64,000 nucleotides of DNA from Zancudomyces culisetae HAW-14-8 (taxonomy: Eukaryota; Fungi; Kickxellomycota): assembly GCA_052426225.1 (NCBI GenBank), contig JBNJNM010000013.1, forward strand, positions 310,001 to 374,000, given 5' to 3'. The position numbers and the translations under genes were made by a program. This document shows, piece after piece, positions 9,995 to 20,800 of the stretch. How positions within the stretch are numbered: position 1 is the first letter of the stretch; each line of letters opens with the position of its first letter. The notes beneath the pieces are model-generated. The model was not told the origin of the DNA. It was given only the letters and a program-made list of their open reading frames with translations, and searched no databases.

Positions 9995-12900
9995 TCCGGG
10001 AGTTACTCCTGAGCGTAGCAAATAATTCTAATATTTCTAGTAATAAATTTCATATTAAAGTTGTTTTAAATAATCTACACGAACTTGTTGCATTAGTGGA
10101 CTCCGGTGCTTCAGCCAACTTTATTCGTCAAGATTTATTAGAAAAACTAAACCTCCCAACCAAAGAAGCAGAAAAAACCATCGTCCTAGAAAGTGTTGAT
10201 GGTCACCAGATATACCCAGGGGGCATAAATGTCAAGGTTGATAATGCCCATATCAAGTCCGGTCCTAACCACTCTGAACACCTAGACCTTATCCCGATTC
10301 CAACCAATCACGCTGACATTATTTTTGGATTACCCTGGTTACGCAAACACAATCCTAGTATAACTTGGCCAGACCTCCAGATCCACTTCGACTCTGACTT
10401 TTGCAGTACAAATTGTGTTGATACCCACTCCATCCAGGCCGTGTTCAAGTCACCTGATGAACCAGATCCAGATCCAGTAGAACAAAATATTAGTCAGAAT
10501 ACGTCCACAAACCCAACTATCCTCCAAAGGGTGTTGAATAGATTATCAACTACCCTGCTTCCACACAGTGCCAAGTTGCTCGAATCGGTCAAGTTGGACG
10601 ATTCAAACACTGAAAATCAAAGATTTTCACCGCCTCCGTCTCCTGATCTCCCCAGCCCAGCTCCGTCAAATCCATACGCCAGAATTGAAGAGATTCTTCC
10701 TGTTCCTGTTCCTGCACCAGTCCAATCAGTCACTCCAGAACCTGAAACCCAAAGTTTGCCCAAACCCACCGCTATTGAGAATCGAGTAAATAACCATGTT
10801 AAGCAAATTCCTGAGCCCCGTCGTCCAGTAACCCCTGTTCCAAAAGTACCACTCAGACCTGAACTTCCCAAAGCAATCCTGAAGAAAATTGAGCCAAGAG
10901 AACCAGTCGTCAGATCCCGGCCATTTCATAAAAAAACCCCAGTCACCACCCCCGAGCCAGAATATTCCTTGGATCCAGATCCTGTAAATTTTGCCGTTTC
11001 TGAGTCCCCGCTAGAGTACTTGGAAGAATTCCCGCAACTTCCAGTAATATACTCTGAATTCAAGGAAGTGTTCAATCCCAAGTCTGCCGTCTCACTTCCT
11101 CCTCACCGCCGTTATGACTGTCCTGTCAACACCAAAGAGGGTTACACCCCATACTGGGGGCCAATATACCCGCTATCTGAAGTAGAGTTAGAGTCTCTAA
11201 GAGGTTACATCCGCGAAAACCTCACCAATGGCTTCATCAGACGCTCTGTCTCCCCTGCCGGTGCACCAATCATGTTTGTAAAGAAGAAGTCTGGAGACTT
11301 GCGCCTTTGTGTTGACTACCGCCGATTGAACGAAGCTACCATCAAGAATAGGTACCCATTACCTAGGATTGATGAGGCGTTCGATCGGCTGCGTACAGCC
11401 AAGGTCTTTACAAAATTGGATCTCAAAGGTGCCTACAACTTAGTGCGGATCAAGGAAGGTGACGAGTGGAAAACTGCATTTAGGTGCAGATATGGCCACT
11501 TTGAGTACCAGGTCATGCCATTTGGCTTGACAAATGCTCCCGCTACCTTTCAGCACTTTATCAATGATGTGTTACGAGATGTATTGGATCTCTATGCAAT
11601 TGCATACCTTGACGACATCTTTATATTTTCCAATGACACTGACACTCACATCAATCATGTGAAATCTGTTCTGAAAAAGCTGCTTGAAAATGGTCTGTAC
11701 TGTAACGCCGAAAAATGTCACTTCCATATCAGGGAAGTTGAATTTCTAGGCCATGTTGTGTCTTCAGATGGAATAGCCACCGATCCTGCTAAAGTCAAGT
11801 GTGTAAAGGAATGGCTACCACCCACCAATGTCAAGGAGGTCCAGAAGTTTCTCGGTTTTGCCAATTACTACCGAAAGTTTATCCCATACTTCTCACTGAA
11901 AGCCCTGCCAATCACAAGACTTCTGAAAAAGGATACACCGTTCGTTTGGAGTAAGGAGGCAGGTGAAGCCTTTAATACTCTTATCCAGGATCTCACCACT
12001 TCCCCCGTTCTCAGATACCCTGACCCAGGAAAACAGTTTATTCTGGAAACTGACGCCTCAGACTACGCCATTGGGGCTGCTCTGTCCCAAGAAGATGAAA
12101 ACGGTGATCTCCGTCCTTGTGCCTACTACTCTTACAAACTCAACACTGCCGAATCCAACTATAATATCTATGACAAGGAACTTTTGGCAATCATCAAGGC
12201 TCTCAAAGAATGGCGACATCATCTGGAAGGCTCCTCCATCCCGTTCAAGATTCTTACAGATCATAAGAATCTGGAGACCTTTAAAAATCTGAAGTCACTC
12301 AACAGAAGACACGCAAGGTGGTCTCTTGATCTCAGTAGATTCAGCTTCATCATAACCTACAGGCCTGGATCTCAAGGAGGCAAACCTGACGCTCTTTCTC
12401 GTTTGCCCAATCACACACCTGATAAGGTCGCCAACAACAACATCATAGGTGAAGACCACTTCATAGACACTATCAGCATAGTGGACAGTGATTTTGCTCA
12501 AGAAATCGCCAAATCCAGCAAAGCCCATCTAGAAGGATTATTGGATGCCGCAAGATACCAGAGCAGCCATAAGTCTAACGAGCCAGTAGAAGTTGAAGAT
12601 GGGATTGTAATGCTTGGAAACCGTGTTGTCGTCCCCGACAAAATGAAGCCGCAAGTTGTAAGTTCTAGACATGACAGTGGCCCAGCCGGCCATTTTGGTG
12701 CTAAGAAGACATTGGAGCTCGTGGAACGAGACTTTTGGTTTCCAGGAATGCGCAAATTTATTAAAGAGTTTGTTCAAACCTGTGATACATGCAATAGATC
12801 AAAGGACAGAAGACACAAAGTTTACGGTAAACTACTTCCGCTACCCGCTCCTTCAGGCCCATGGAAATATATTACCATGGATTTCATAACTGATCTTCCT

Positions 12901-13920
12901 CCATCCAACAAGCACACTACTATTATGGTAGTTGTAGACAGGTTCACTAAAATGAGCCATTTCATCCCGCTTAAGAAGCTGCCATCCTCAGAAGAAACTG
13001 CCTCCGCCTTCTTTACCCACGTATTCAAGCTTCATGGACTTCCAGACGTCATAATCTCAGACCGTGGAACCCAATTCTCGTCCAAATTTTGGAGTTCACT
13101 ATTCAAACTGCTCAAAGTTGATACTAGAATGTCTACAGCCTTCCATCCAGAGACAGACGGTCAAACGGAGCGGGTGAATCAAACATTGGAACAGTATCTA
13201 CGCTGTTTCATCAACTATCAGCAAGATAATTGGTTTGAACTGCTCCCAATTGCCGAATTTGCTTATAACAACACTCTCCACTCCAGCACTAATACTTCTC
13301 CTTTCTTTGCTCTATATGGTTACCATCCAAGATTTGATCCTCAAATCACTAAAAACGTTCACGTCCCCAGCGCTTCTGATAGGATAAAACAACTCAAAGA
13401 ACTTCAATCAGCCCTCACTTCCATACTTAACAAGAAATCTCAGGAATATAAAAAGTATGCTGATGTAAACCGATCTGAACATCCAAAGTATAAACTAGGT
13501 GACAAGGTTTGGCTATCCAGCCAAAATATCAAAACTCAAAGGCCTTCTAAAAAGTTTGGCCTTAGACTTCTAGGACCTTTCACCATCTCTAAAATTATCA
13601 ATCCTGTTTCTGTCCGTTTAGACCTCCCGCCATCAATGAAAATCCATAACACTTTTCATGTCTCGTTATTGGAACCGTATATCGAACCCAGCAGTAACCG
13701 CAGATTAATAAACAGTCTTCCTCCACCTCTAATTATAAATGGAAATAAAGAATATGAAGTTAAGGCTATTTTGGATTCTAAGCTTGTACGGGGTAAAAAA
13801 TATTACTTAGTTGATTGGAAAGGCTTTGACATAAGTGAAAGAAGCTGGGAGCCGATTGAAAACATAAACGCGCCTCAACTATTGAAAAAATACTATAAGA
13901 CATATCACAACAAACCATAA
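9970..13920 (+). CDS. Pol of chromovirus B (PR-RT-RH-IN-chromodomain), -1 frame relative to gag
   Basis: Frame open upstream of 10096 through the gag stop; LVDSGA, YLDD, ETDAS, integrase, and YEVKAIL..YLVDWKGF..SWEP chromodomain. Confidence 0.92.
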   Translation, partial: AKRQCSDVVRELLLSVANNSNISSNKFHIKVVLNNLHELVALVDSGASANFIRQDLLEKLNLPTKEAEKTIVLESVDGHQIYPGGINVKVDNAHIKSGPNHSEHLDLIPIPTNHADIIFGLPWLRKHNPSITWPDLQIHFDSDFCSTNCVDTHSIQAVFKSPDEPDPDPVEQNISQNTSTNPTILQRVLNRLSTTLLPHSAKLLESVKLDDSNTENQRFSPPPSPDLPSPAPSNPYARIEEILPVPVPAPVQSVTPEPETQSLPKPTAIENRVNNHVKQIPEPRRPVTPVPKVPLRPELPKAILKKIEPREPVVRSRPFHKKTPVTTPEPEYSLDPDPVNFAVSESPLEYLEEFPQLPVIYSEFKEVFNPKSAVSLPPHRRYDCPVNTKEGYTPYWGPIYPLSEVELESLRGYIRENLTNGFIRRSVSPAGAPIMFVKKKSGDLRLCVDYRRLNEATIKNRYPLPRIDEAFDRLRTAKVFTKLDLKGAYNLVRIKEGDEWKTAFRCRYGHFEYQVMPFGLTNAPATFQHFINDVLRDVLDLYAIAYLDDIFIFSNDTDTHINHVKSVLKKLLENGLYCNAEKCHFHIREVEFLGHVVSSDGIATDPAKVKCVKEWLPPTNVKEVQKFLGFANYYRKFIPYFSLKALPITRLLKKDTPFVWSKEAGEAFNTLIQDLTTSPVLRYPDPGKQFILETDASDYAIGAALSQEDENGDLRPCAYYSYKLNTAESNYNIYDKELLAIIKALKEWRHHLEGSSIPFKILTDHKNLETFKNLKSLNRRHARWSLDLSRFSFIITYRPGSQGGKPDALSRLPNHTPDKVANNNIIGEDHFIDTISIVDSDFAQEIAKSSKAHLEGLLDAARYQSSHKSNEPVEVEDGIVMLGNRVVVPDKMKPQVVSSRHDSGPAGHFGAKKTLELVERDFWFPGMRKFIKEFVQTCDTCNRSKDRRHKVYGKLLPLPAPSGPWKYITMDFITDLPPSNKHTTIMVVVDRFTKMSHFIPLKKLPSSEETASAFFTHVFKLHGLPDVIISDRGTQFSSKFWSSLFKLLKVDTRMSTAFHPETDGQTERVNQTLEQYLRCFINYQQDNWFELLPIAEFAYNNTLHSSTNTSPFFALYGYHPRFDPQITKNVHVPSASDRIKQLKELQSALTSILNKKSQEYKKYADVNRSEHPKYKLGDKVWLSSQNIKTQRPSKKFGLRLLGPFTISKIINPVSVRLDLPPSMKIHNTFHVSLLEPYIEPSSNRRLINSLPPPLIINGNKEYEVKAILDSKLVRGKKYYLVDWKGFDISERSWEPIENINAPQLLKKYYKTYHNKP

Positions 13921-14043
13921 GAGCAACATTATATTTTATTATTTAACCAATATTATACCTAAATACTTATCAAAACAACTATAAAAACAACCTAAAAACA
14001 ACTAAAAAGCATAAAAAATTATAAAAGAAAAAATAAAAAAAAA

Positions 14044-14301
14044 TGAACTTAGGAGGGCGCTAACGTCTTGGGCCACACAATCACGTGATTCGAATTAACT
14101 GCTCGAGATCCCGAAGGAGTTATCGGAGAGGTGAAACGGTCCGGTACTAGTCCCGAAGGACGTTATCGCGCACATTGGCCCCGTGAAACATCACATCCAC
14201 TCTACAGCTAATTACTTCCCAATTACGGTCTTACAGCGAAGGATCGAACCAGGGTCCTGCAGAATACAAGTTCGACGCCTTAGCCACTCGACTATAAGCT
14301 C
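14044..14301 (-). ncRNA. Putative RNA polymerase III ncRNA (~258 nt) with tRNA-like head, carried antisense by element B
   Basis: A box TAGTCGAGTGG at +8, B box GGTTCGATCC, 5' GAGCUUA pairing with 3' UAAGUUC-A, T9 terminator (A-run 14035-14043), two cUUCGg hairpins, TATATAAAA at about -31 to -23 once element C is removed (25191-25199). Confidence 0.75.
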
Positions 14302-16597
14302 ACATTTTTGTTATAGAATTTCACAATTCTATGATTATTTAATATTCTTATTGTATTATATGTTTATTACTAAGTATATTATTTTTGTATTATTGTTCTT
14401 TTTAATACTATATATGTTTAACTTAATATTTTGTTAAGATGTGTTTTTATTTAATTCAAAGTGGGCGGTTGCTTTAACCCCCAGATAATAATATAATTAA
14501 TGAGGAAATATAATGTAAATAACTAACTAAACTATTGGACAAAAACCACAGGGGGAAAAAAGGTCCAATCTCAAAACTATTAACTAAAAACCTAATGAAT
14601 AAATAAAGCTAATTATATAAAATCGTATCTTCATACGACAGAACCCCGGTCCCAGATTGGGCCTACCGGTCTAGGTGTACGGAAGCGTACCAACTTGGTT
14701 CTTAATGGTGTACTAATCTCTGGTATCATGTATCTACTTTGATGATAATGCTTTAGCATATCACCGTTTACTAGATCGCGGTTCCCTTCACTATCTGATA
14801 TGACGTAAGTTCCTTTGTTCAACCTTCGGTCTACCTTGTATGGTCCTTCCCATACTTGTTCTAGCTTTGGCATGGGTTGTTCGGTCAGTTTAAGTACTAT
14901 ATCACCCTCCTTAAATGCTGAGGGTCTCACTCTGCTGTCGTATCTGATTTTTTCTTTTTCTTTTTCAGCGATACTGTTACTTAGTCCTACATTTCTAAGT
15001 TCAGGTATATCGGTTTTTATTGCATCAATCCTTTCTTGTATAGCTATATCGAGATCGCTAATTTCGGGTGGTGGTGCCCATAGGGCTGGCGTTGTTAATT
15101 TTACGCCGTATAATAATTCCGCAGGACTATATTTCGTAGCTCGGTTTCGCATCGTTCGAATGGCAAGCAGAGTTTTCCAAAGGTACTTGTCCCAATTACC
15201 TTTGTTCTTATGACACTGCTTCACTAACGTATTCTTCAGAGTCTGATTAAGCCGTTCCACCTGCCCATTACTCTGGGGCCTATAGGAAGTGGTGGGTGTG
15301 TGCTTAATCTGGAGGAAGTCGTAAACCTTGGCTGCTTGTTCACTGATGAAACCTGATCCTCTGTCCGTTATTATTTGATCCGGTACGCCATAGTGTTGCA
15401 CTATTTGTGTAATAATAAAATTTACTATTGTTTCAGTCTTTATGCTTTCAACAGCCTCAGCCACGGGCCACTTTGTAAAATAATCGATTCCAGTGAGTAT
15501 AAAGCGATTTCCTGTTGACGATATTGGGTTTATTGGCCCCACTGCGTCTAATCCAAATATACTAAATGGCTTATATGAATATATAGGATGAAGTCTGTTT
15601 CTTTTTATACGTCCTCCTTTAAATAGCTGACAATCATGGCATTGCTCTACAACTTTTCTTACTGTTTCGAAAAGCCCTTCGCCTGTATAAGTGTCTTTCA
15701 TTCGTTCCCATGTATTCTCTACCCCATTATGATTTTCGTTATGTATTCGCTCTACTGTGTCGCGCATGTGCCTTCGTGAAGTACTTCTTTAATATTTCCT
15801 TTTATATATCGAACTAGTTTATCGTCTCTAACCCTGTATTTTGTTGCCCTGTTTCTTATTTTTAACTGTTGGCTTTCGCTACTATTTTCTGGATACCTAG
15901 AGTTAGTGATATAGTTTTTTATAGCATTATATTCAATAGATGATAGTGTAAAAATTTGAATCTCATTAGGTGATTCTTCAGCGTCCTTTGATACCAAACG
16001 TGAAAGCGCGTCGGCAGGATTCGTTTTTCCTGGACAATGTTCAATAGTGTAGTCGTAGTTTCTCAGCATCATAGCCCATCGGGCTACTCTGCCTGTAATC
16101 TCTTTGGAATTGAATAACTGCAATAACGACTTATGGTCAGTGTGTCATGAACTGATTCTAGAATGTTCGAAAACGTTCTAGAATCATCTGATTTTACACC
16201 GCAGTAATGTTTAGAATGTTCCCCAACATTCTAGAACATTACCGAAAATTCACATTATTTCTTAATTTTTATTACGTAATAATTTTCACATGTTTAATTT
16301 TAATAGCATTCGAGTTTGATTTTTGTTTGATTAATAATCAAACACGTTTTTCTTTACATTTCATTTTTAGCTATTCCGCAGTTTTCATAGTGATTTTGTT
16401 CAAAAACCAAGGCTGGAAAAAAGTATAAAAAGGGTACAATTTTCCTGTCTTGGATTCAGTATCTAGTATCTTGTATACATTCATACAATAAACTTTAATA
16501 ATAATAAATATAACTCTCCTGACTCCAGATCTTGACACTATACTAGATCAAAATATTATATTTATTATTTTCTGACACCAGCCTAAGTATTTTAACC

Positions 16598-17818
16598 ATG
16601 GAACCGTTTAGCCCAGAACAAGTTGAATTCCTCAACAAAGCCGCCGTGACCCTGCCAACAGTTGAAGAAGCCCTCCAGCAACTACTAATAAGAGTAGAAA
16701 AAGCCGAGTCTGCCATCAAGGAACACCCTGCCACGGTATCCAAGAAAATTTATGACAAGGTCAAAGCAGACACTACCAAGTCCATCCAGACCATTCTTGA
16801 CTCCATGAACAACCTCCAGTCCGATATCCAGAATTCAGACCAGCTAACCCAAAGCGCCATACAGGCCAACCAGTTGGAAATCCAATCCCTTCAGGACCAG
16901 CTCAGTACCCTCAGGAACGAAGTCATACTTTATATAACTGAAAACCGTGCCACCAAAGTTGCTAGTACTTCTGAACCTAGTATCAAAGTAAGACACCCAG
17001 ACACATTTTCAAGAAAACCCTCCGCCTGTTCCAACTTCTTTTCACAGCTTGCTCTCGTCTTTGCCGCTTCACCCGATAAATTCAACACAGACTCAAGTAA
17101 AGTCTTGTATGCCATCTCCTACCTCTCAGGCACACCATTCAGTTACATGGAACCTTACCTCATGAAAGCAAACCTTCCACAGTCTGATCGTCCTGCCATC
17201 CTCTCCAACTACAATCTGTTTAAAGAAACTATCACTCGTGCCTTTGGTGATCCCAACCATATTGAGAATGCTGATAGGGCAATCCGCCAACTCCGCCAAA
17301 CCACTTCCGTTGCCGCATATGCCACCGAGTTTAGACGCCTACAGATGTTAATTGACTGGAACCAACCACCTTTGATCTCACAGTTTCTATCCGGTCTCAA
17401 GTACAACGTATCCCAAGAACTCAACCGTAGAGAACCAATAGAAGACATCGATACCCTGATCTCTACAGCCATCCAGATCGACAACCGCCTTTTCAGCCAT
17501 CCACAACGTCGTCAACCTCCAGTTAACCCCACTGCAACTATGCCACCCAAACCCACTGCTTACAACCCGTTTGCTTCACCTGTTTCTGCACCATCTACCA
17601 CTCCACCAGCTAATAGTGATGGACCGCAACCAATGGATCTCAGTACCGCTTCATCGACTAGAAGACCACCACTTACTCCTGCTCAAAGAGCATACCGTAT
17701 CGAAAACAACCTCTGTCTCTATTGTGGCGGTAATGACCATTTCAACATCAACTGTCCAAAGAAACGCCACAACATGTCCAGCATTACACCAACACAGGAA
17801 AACGACACCGCCCAGTAG
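16598..17818 (+). CDS. Gag of chromovirus D
   Basis: Coiled-coil N-terminus, capsid-like region, PMDL motif, CLYCGGNDHFNINC knuckle. Confidence 0.92.
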   Translation: MEPFSPEQVEFLNKAAVTLPTVEEALQQLLIRVEKAESAIKEHPATVSKKIYDKVKADTTKSIQTILDSMNNLQSDIQNSDQLTQSAIQANQLEIQSLQDQLSTLRNEVILYITENRATKVASTSEPSIKVRHPDTFSRKPSACSNFFSQLALVFAASPDKFNTDSSKVLYAISYLSGTPFSYMEPYLMKANLPQSDRPAILSNYNLFKETITRAFGDPNHIENADRAIRQLRQTTSVAAYATEFRRLQMLIDWNQPPLISQFLSGLKYNVSQELNRREPIEDIDTLISTAIQIDNRLFSHPQRRQPPVNPTATMPPKPTAYNPFASPVSAPSTTPPANSDGPQPMDLSTASSTRRPPLTPAQRAYRIENNLCLYCGGNDHFNINCPKKRHNMSSITPTQENDTAQ

Positions 17819-17840
17819 ACAGTAAGGGACACCTATTGGG
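17797..17840 (+). promoter_or_regulatory. Putative -1 programmed ribosomal frameshift signal
   Basis: G GAA AAC heptamer in the gag frame, 6-nt spacer, stem GCCCAGTAG/CTATTGGGC. Confidence 0.75.
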
Positions 17841-20800
17841 CAACTTAGCCAGTCCCCACGCCACTGTAACCACTCCTGTTTCTGACACCCAATCTCCTGA
17901 TAAACCAAACACCTTGACCATTCCTGTAACCATCTTGTCCAAGCACCACCACATCAAAACCTACGCTATGGTTGATTCTGGTGCTTCGTCCTCGTTCATT
18001 GACGCCACCTTTGCTCTAAAAAACAATCTACCATCTATATCTAGAAAAATGACAATCACGCTCGCTGACGGATCAAAGCTTAGATCCAACTCTGCCTCCC
18101 AAGTAACACTAAAAATCAACGATAACCATCTCGAAAGTATCTATCTGCAACAAATAGACCTTGGATCTTCACCAATCATCCTTGGTCTTTCCTGGCTTCA
18201 ACAACACAATCCTGACATCAACTGGACTGAGAACATAGTCCATCTGCCTTGTACCTTGACTTCTTGTGGGCCCAACCATGTCAACCTAGACATATCTCTT
18301 GTGGGCTCAAACCAGTTTAAAGAACATCTGAAGGCACCAGACACTGTCTATGCTGGTGCAATTACCGTGAACAATCTTGAATCCCTTGTAGCTCCTGAAT
18401 CTTGTGAAAATCTTTGTCTTGTCTCTGAATCTAATCCTGAAACCCCTGTTACTCCTGTAATCCCTGAAAAGTATAAAATGTTTGAATCTGTCTTCTCTGA
18501 ATCCCAATCTGCCAAACTGCCTGAACATCGTCCATATGATCATACCATTCCTTTGCTTCCTGACTCAAAGATACCATATGGCCCATTGTACAACCTCTCC
18601 CAATTGGAACTAAAGACCCTGTACGACTACATTCAGGAAAACCTAGCCAATGGTTTTATCCAACGCTCTGAATCCCCGGCTGGGGCTCCCGTCCTATTTG
18701 TAAAAAAGAAAGATGGTAGTCTCCGGTTGTGCGTCGACTATAGAGCCCTGAATAAGGTCACTGTCCCCAACCGTGCAGCCTTGCCACTCATCTCTGAAAC
18801 CTTGGATCGGCTTGGCAAAGCCAAGATATTCACCAAGCTGGATATGAAATCCGCATACCACATGATCAGGATCTCGCCTGGTGAAGAATGGAAGACCGCG
18901 TTTCGTACACGCTACGGCCACTTCGAGTATAAGGTCATGCCGTTTGGCCTTATGAATGCTCCAGCCACGTTCCAGTCCTTTGTTAACGATCTCTTCCGTG
19001 AATACATTGATCAATTCCTTGTTGTGTACATCGATGATCTGTTAATCTACTCAGATGATATCGATAAGCACTATGACCACGTCTGCCTTGTCTTGAAGAA
19101 GCTTCAGGAACACAATCTCACCCTCAAGCTAGAGAAATGTGAGTTTGATGTACAATCAGTACAGTTCCTCGGTTTTGTAATTGGCCCCAACGGAATCTCT
19201 ATGGATCCATCTAAAGTATCCAGCGTTACCGAATGAAAGACACCAACTTGTGTCCGTGACGTTCAGGTATTCCTTGGCCTTACAAACTTCTACCGCCGTT
19301 TTATTTTGAACTACTCCAAGATATCTCTGCCGCTCACCGCCTTGTTGAAAAAAGGTGACCAATTCCAGTGGACACCCAAAGCTGAAGAAGCTTTCGCCTT
19401 GCTAAAAGAAACCATGATCAGTAACCCAGTCTTAGCTCACTACAATCCTGACCAGCCTTGTATCATCGAAACCGATGCATCAGATTTTGCATTAGGTGCC
19501 ATTTGCAGCCAGTATGACAACGAGGGACAACTCCACCCTGTTGCATACTACTCCCGGAAACTCCTGCCTGCTGAAGTGAATTATCAAATCTATGATAAGG
19601 AACTGTTAGCAATTATCGACGCTTTTGCTCACTGGCGTCACTACCTTGAATTTTCTGTACACCCAACCGTTGTTATGACCGACCATAAAAACTTGGAATA
19701 CTTCTCCACTACCAGAAATCTTAGTCGCCGCCAAGTCAGATGGTCAGAATACCTCAGTAACTTCAACTTTGTCATCAAGTACCGCCCTGGAAAACAGAAC
19801 ACTGCCGCCGATGCTCTTTCTCGGAAAGACCAACCTTGGAAGGGGGGTGACTCCCGTACTGACCAAAACAAAATAACTTTGCTGCCTCCTGATATATTCT
19901 TGAAGTCCATGACTAGTACACCTGTTGAACCTTTGTCATCCACGCTCATGAACAACATCAAGTCACTACAACCCAAAGACACGTACTTTGGACCCATTTA
20001 CACTGACTTATCCAAGAAACCTGATTTCCATGAAAAGTTCGCTCTTGTTGACAATCTTCTGCACTATGATGGACTAATCTGTATCCCCTCAGACGACAAC
20101 ATCAAAAGAACAATTCTGATTGAATGCCATGATTCCCCTGCTGCCGGCCACTTTGGAAATGCAAAGACGTACGAACTTGTATCTCGCAACTTTTACTGGC
20201 CAACCATGAGAAAATATATCAAAGACTACATCTCTGGTTGCGATACCTGTCAACGCAACAAATCCTCTCGCCATAAACCATATGGCTACCTCGCTCCACT
20301 TCCCGTTCCTGATTCACCTTGGTCATCTGTTTCTGTCGACTTCATCACTCAGCTACCTCCATCCAATAACTTTACTGCAATCTGTGTATTTGTGGATCGC
20401 CTTACCAAGATGGCGCATTTTGCTCCCACAACCAATGAAATTGATGCTGAAGGTACTGCAGATCTATTTATCCAACATGTCTTCTGCAAACATGGGCTCC
20501 CTAAAGACATCGTATCTGATAGAGGTGTGACCTTCAATTCATCATTCATGCGTACTCTAATGAAATCACTGAATATTGAACAGAAAATGTCCACCGCATT
20601 CCATCCTCAGACAGATGGACAAACTGAACGCGTAAACTCAGTATTGGAACAGTATCTCAGGTGCTACATTGATTACCAACAAACTGATTGGTCAAAGTGG
20701 TTACCAATTGCTGAATTCGCCTACAACAACACATCTCATGCTTCTACTAAAACCACACCTTTCTACGCCAACTATGGCTTCCATCCACGCTTCTCAGTCA

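Noticed and set aside
14136-14152. CUAGUAC-C-GGACC as a sarcin-ricin loop or rRNA fragment
   Set aside because: Lacks the GAGA loop and any flanking rRNA sequence; GUAC is better explained as pairing with GUGC.
14108-14190. Twice-repeated GTGAAAC / TCCCGAAGGA units as a hammerhead ribozyme or mini-CRISPR
   Set aside because: No CUGANGA box on either strand; only two units, no spacer-length regularity and no cas genes.
14059-14222. Resemblance of UUGGGAAGU..CCCAAGAC to the lariat-capping ribozyme P2 region
   Set aside because: No group I-like P7 G-binding core found, and the A copy has a different P1 sequence.
14228-14301. Functional tRNA gene
   Set aside because: Anticodon and T stems do not pair and the local acceptor stem is broken; only the promoter boxes are intact.
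2664-19236. UGA recoding suggested by in-frame TGA in the Tc1 transposase and D pol
   Set aside because: Host genes use TGG for Trp and the protease ends in TGA; single transitions explain both stops.
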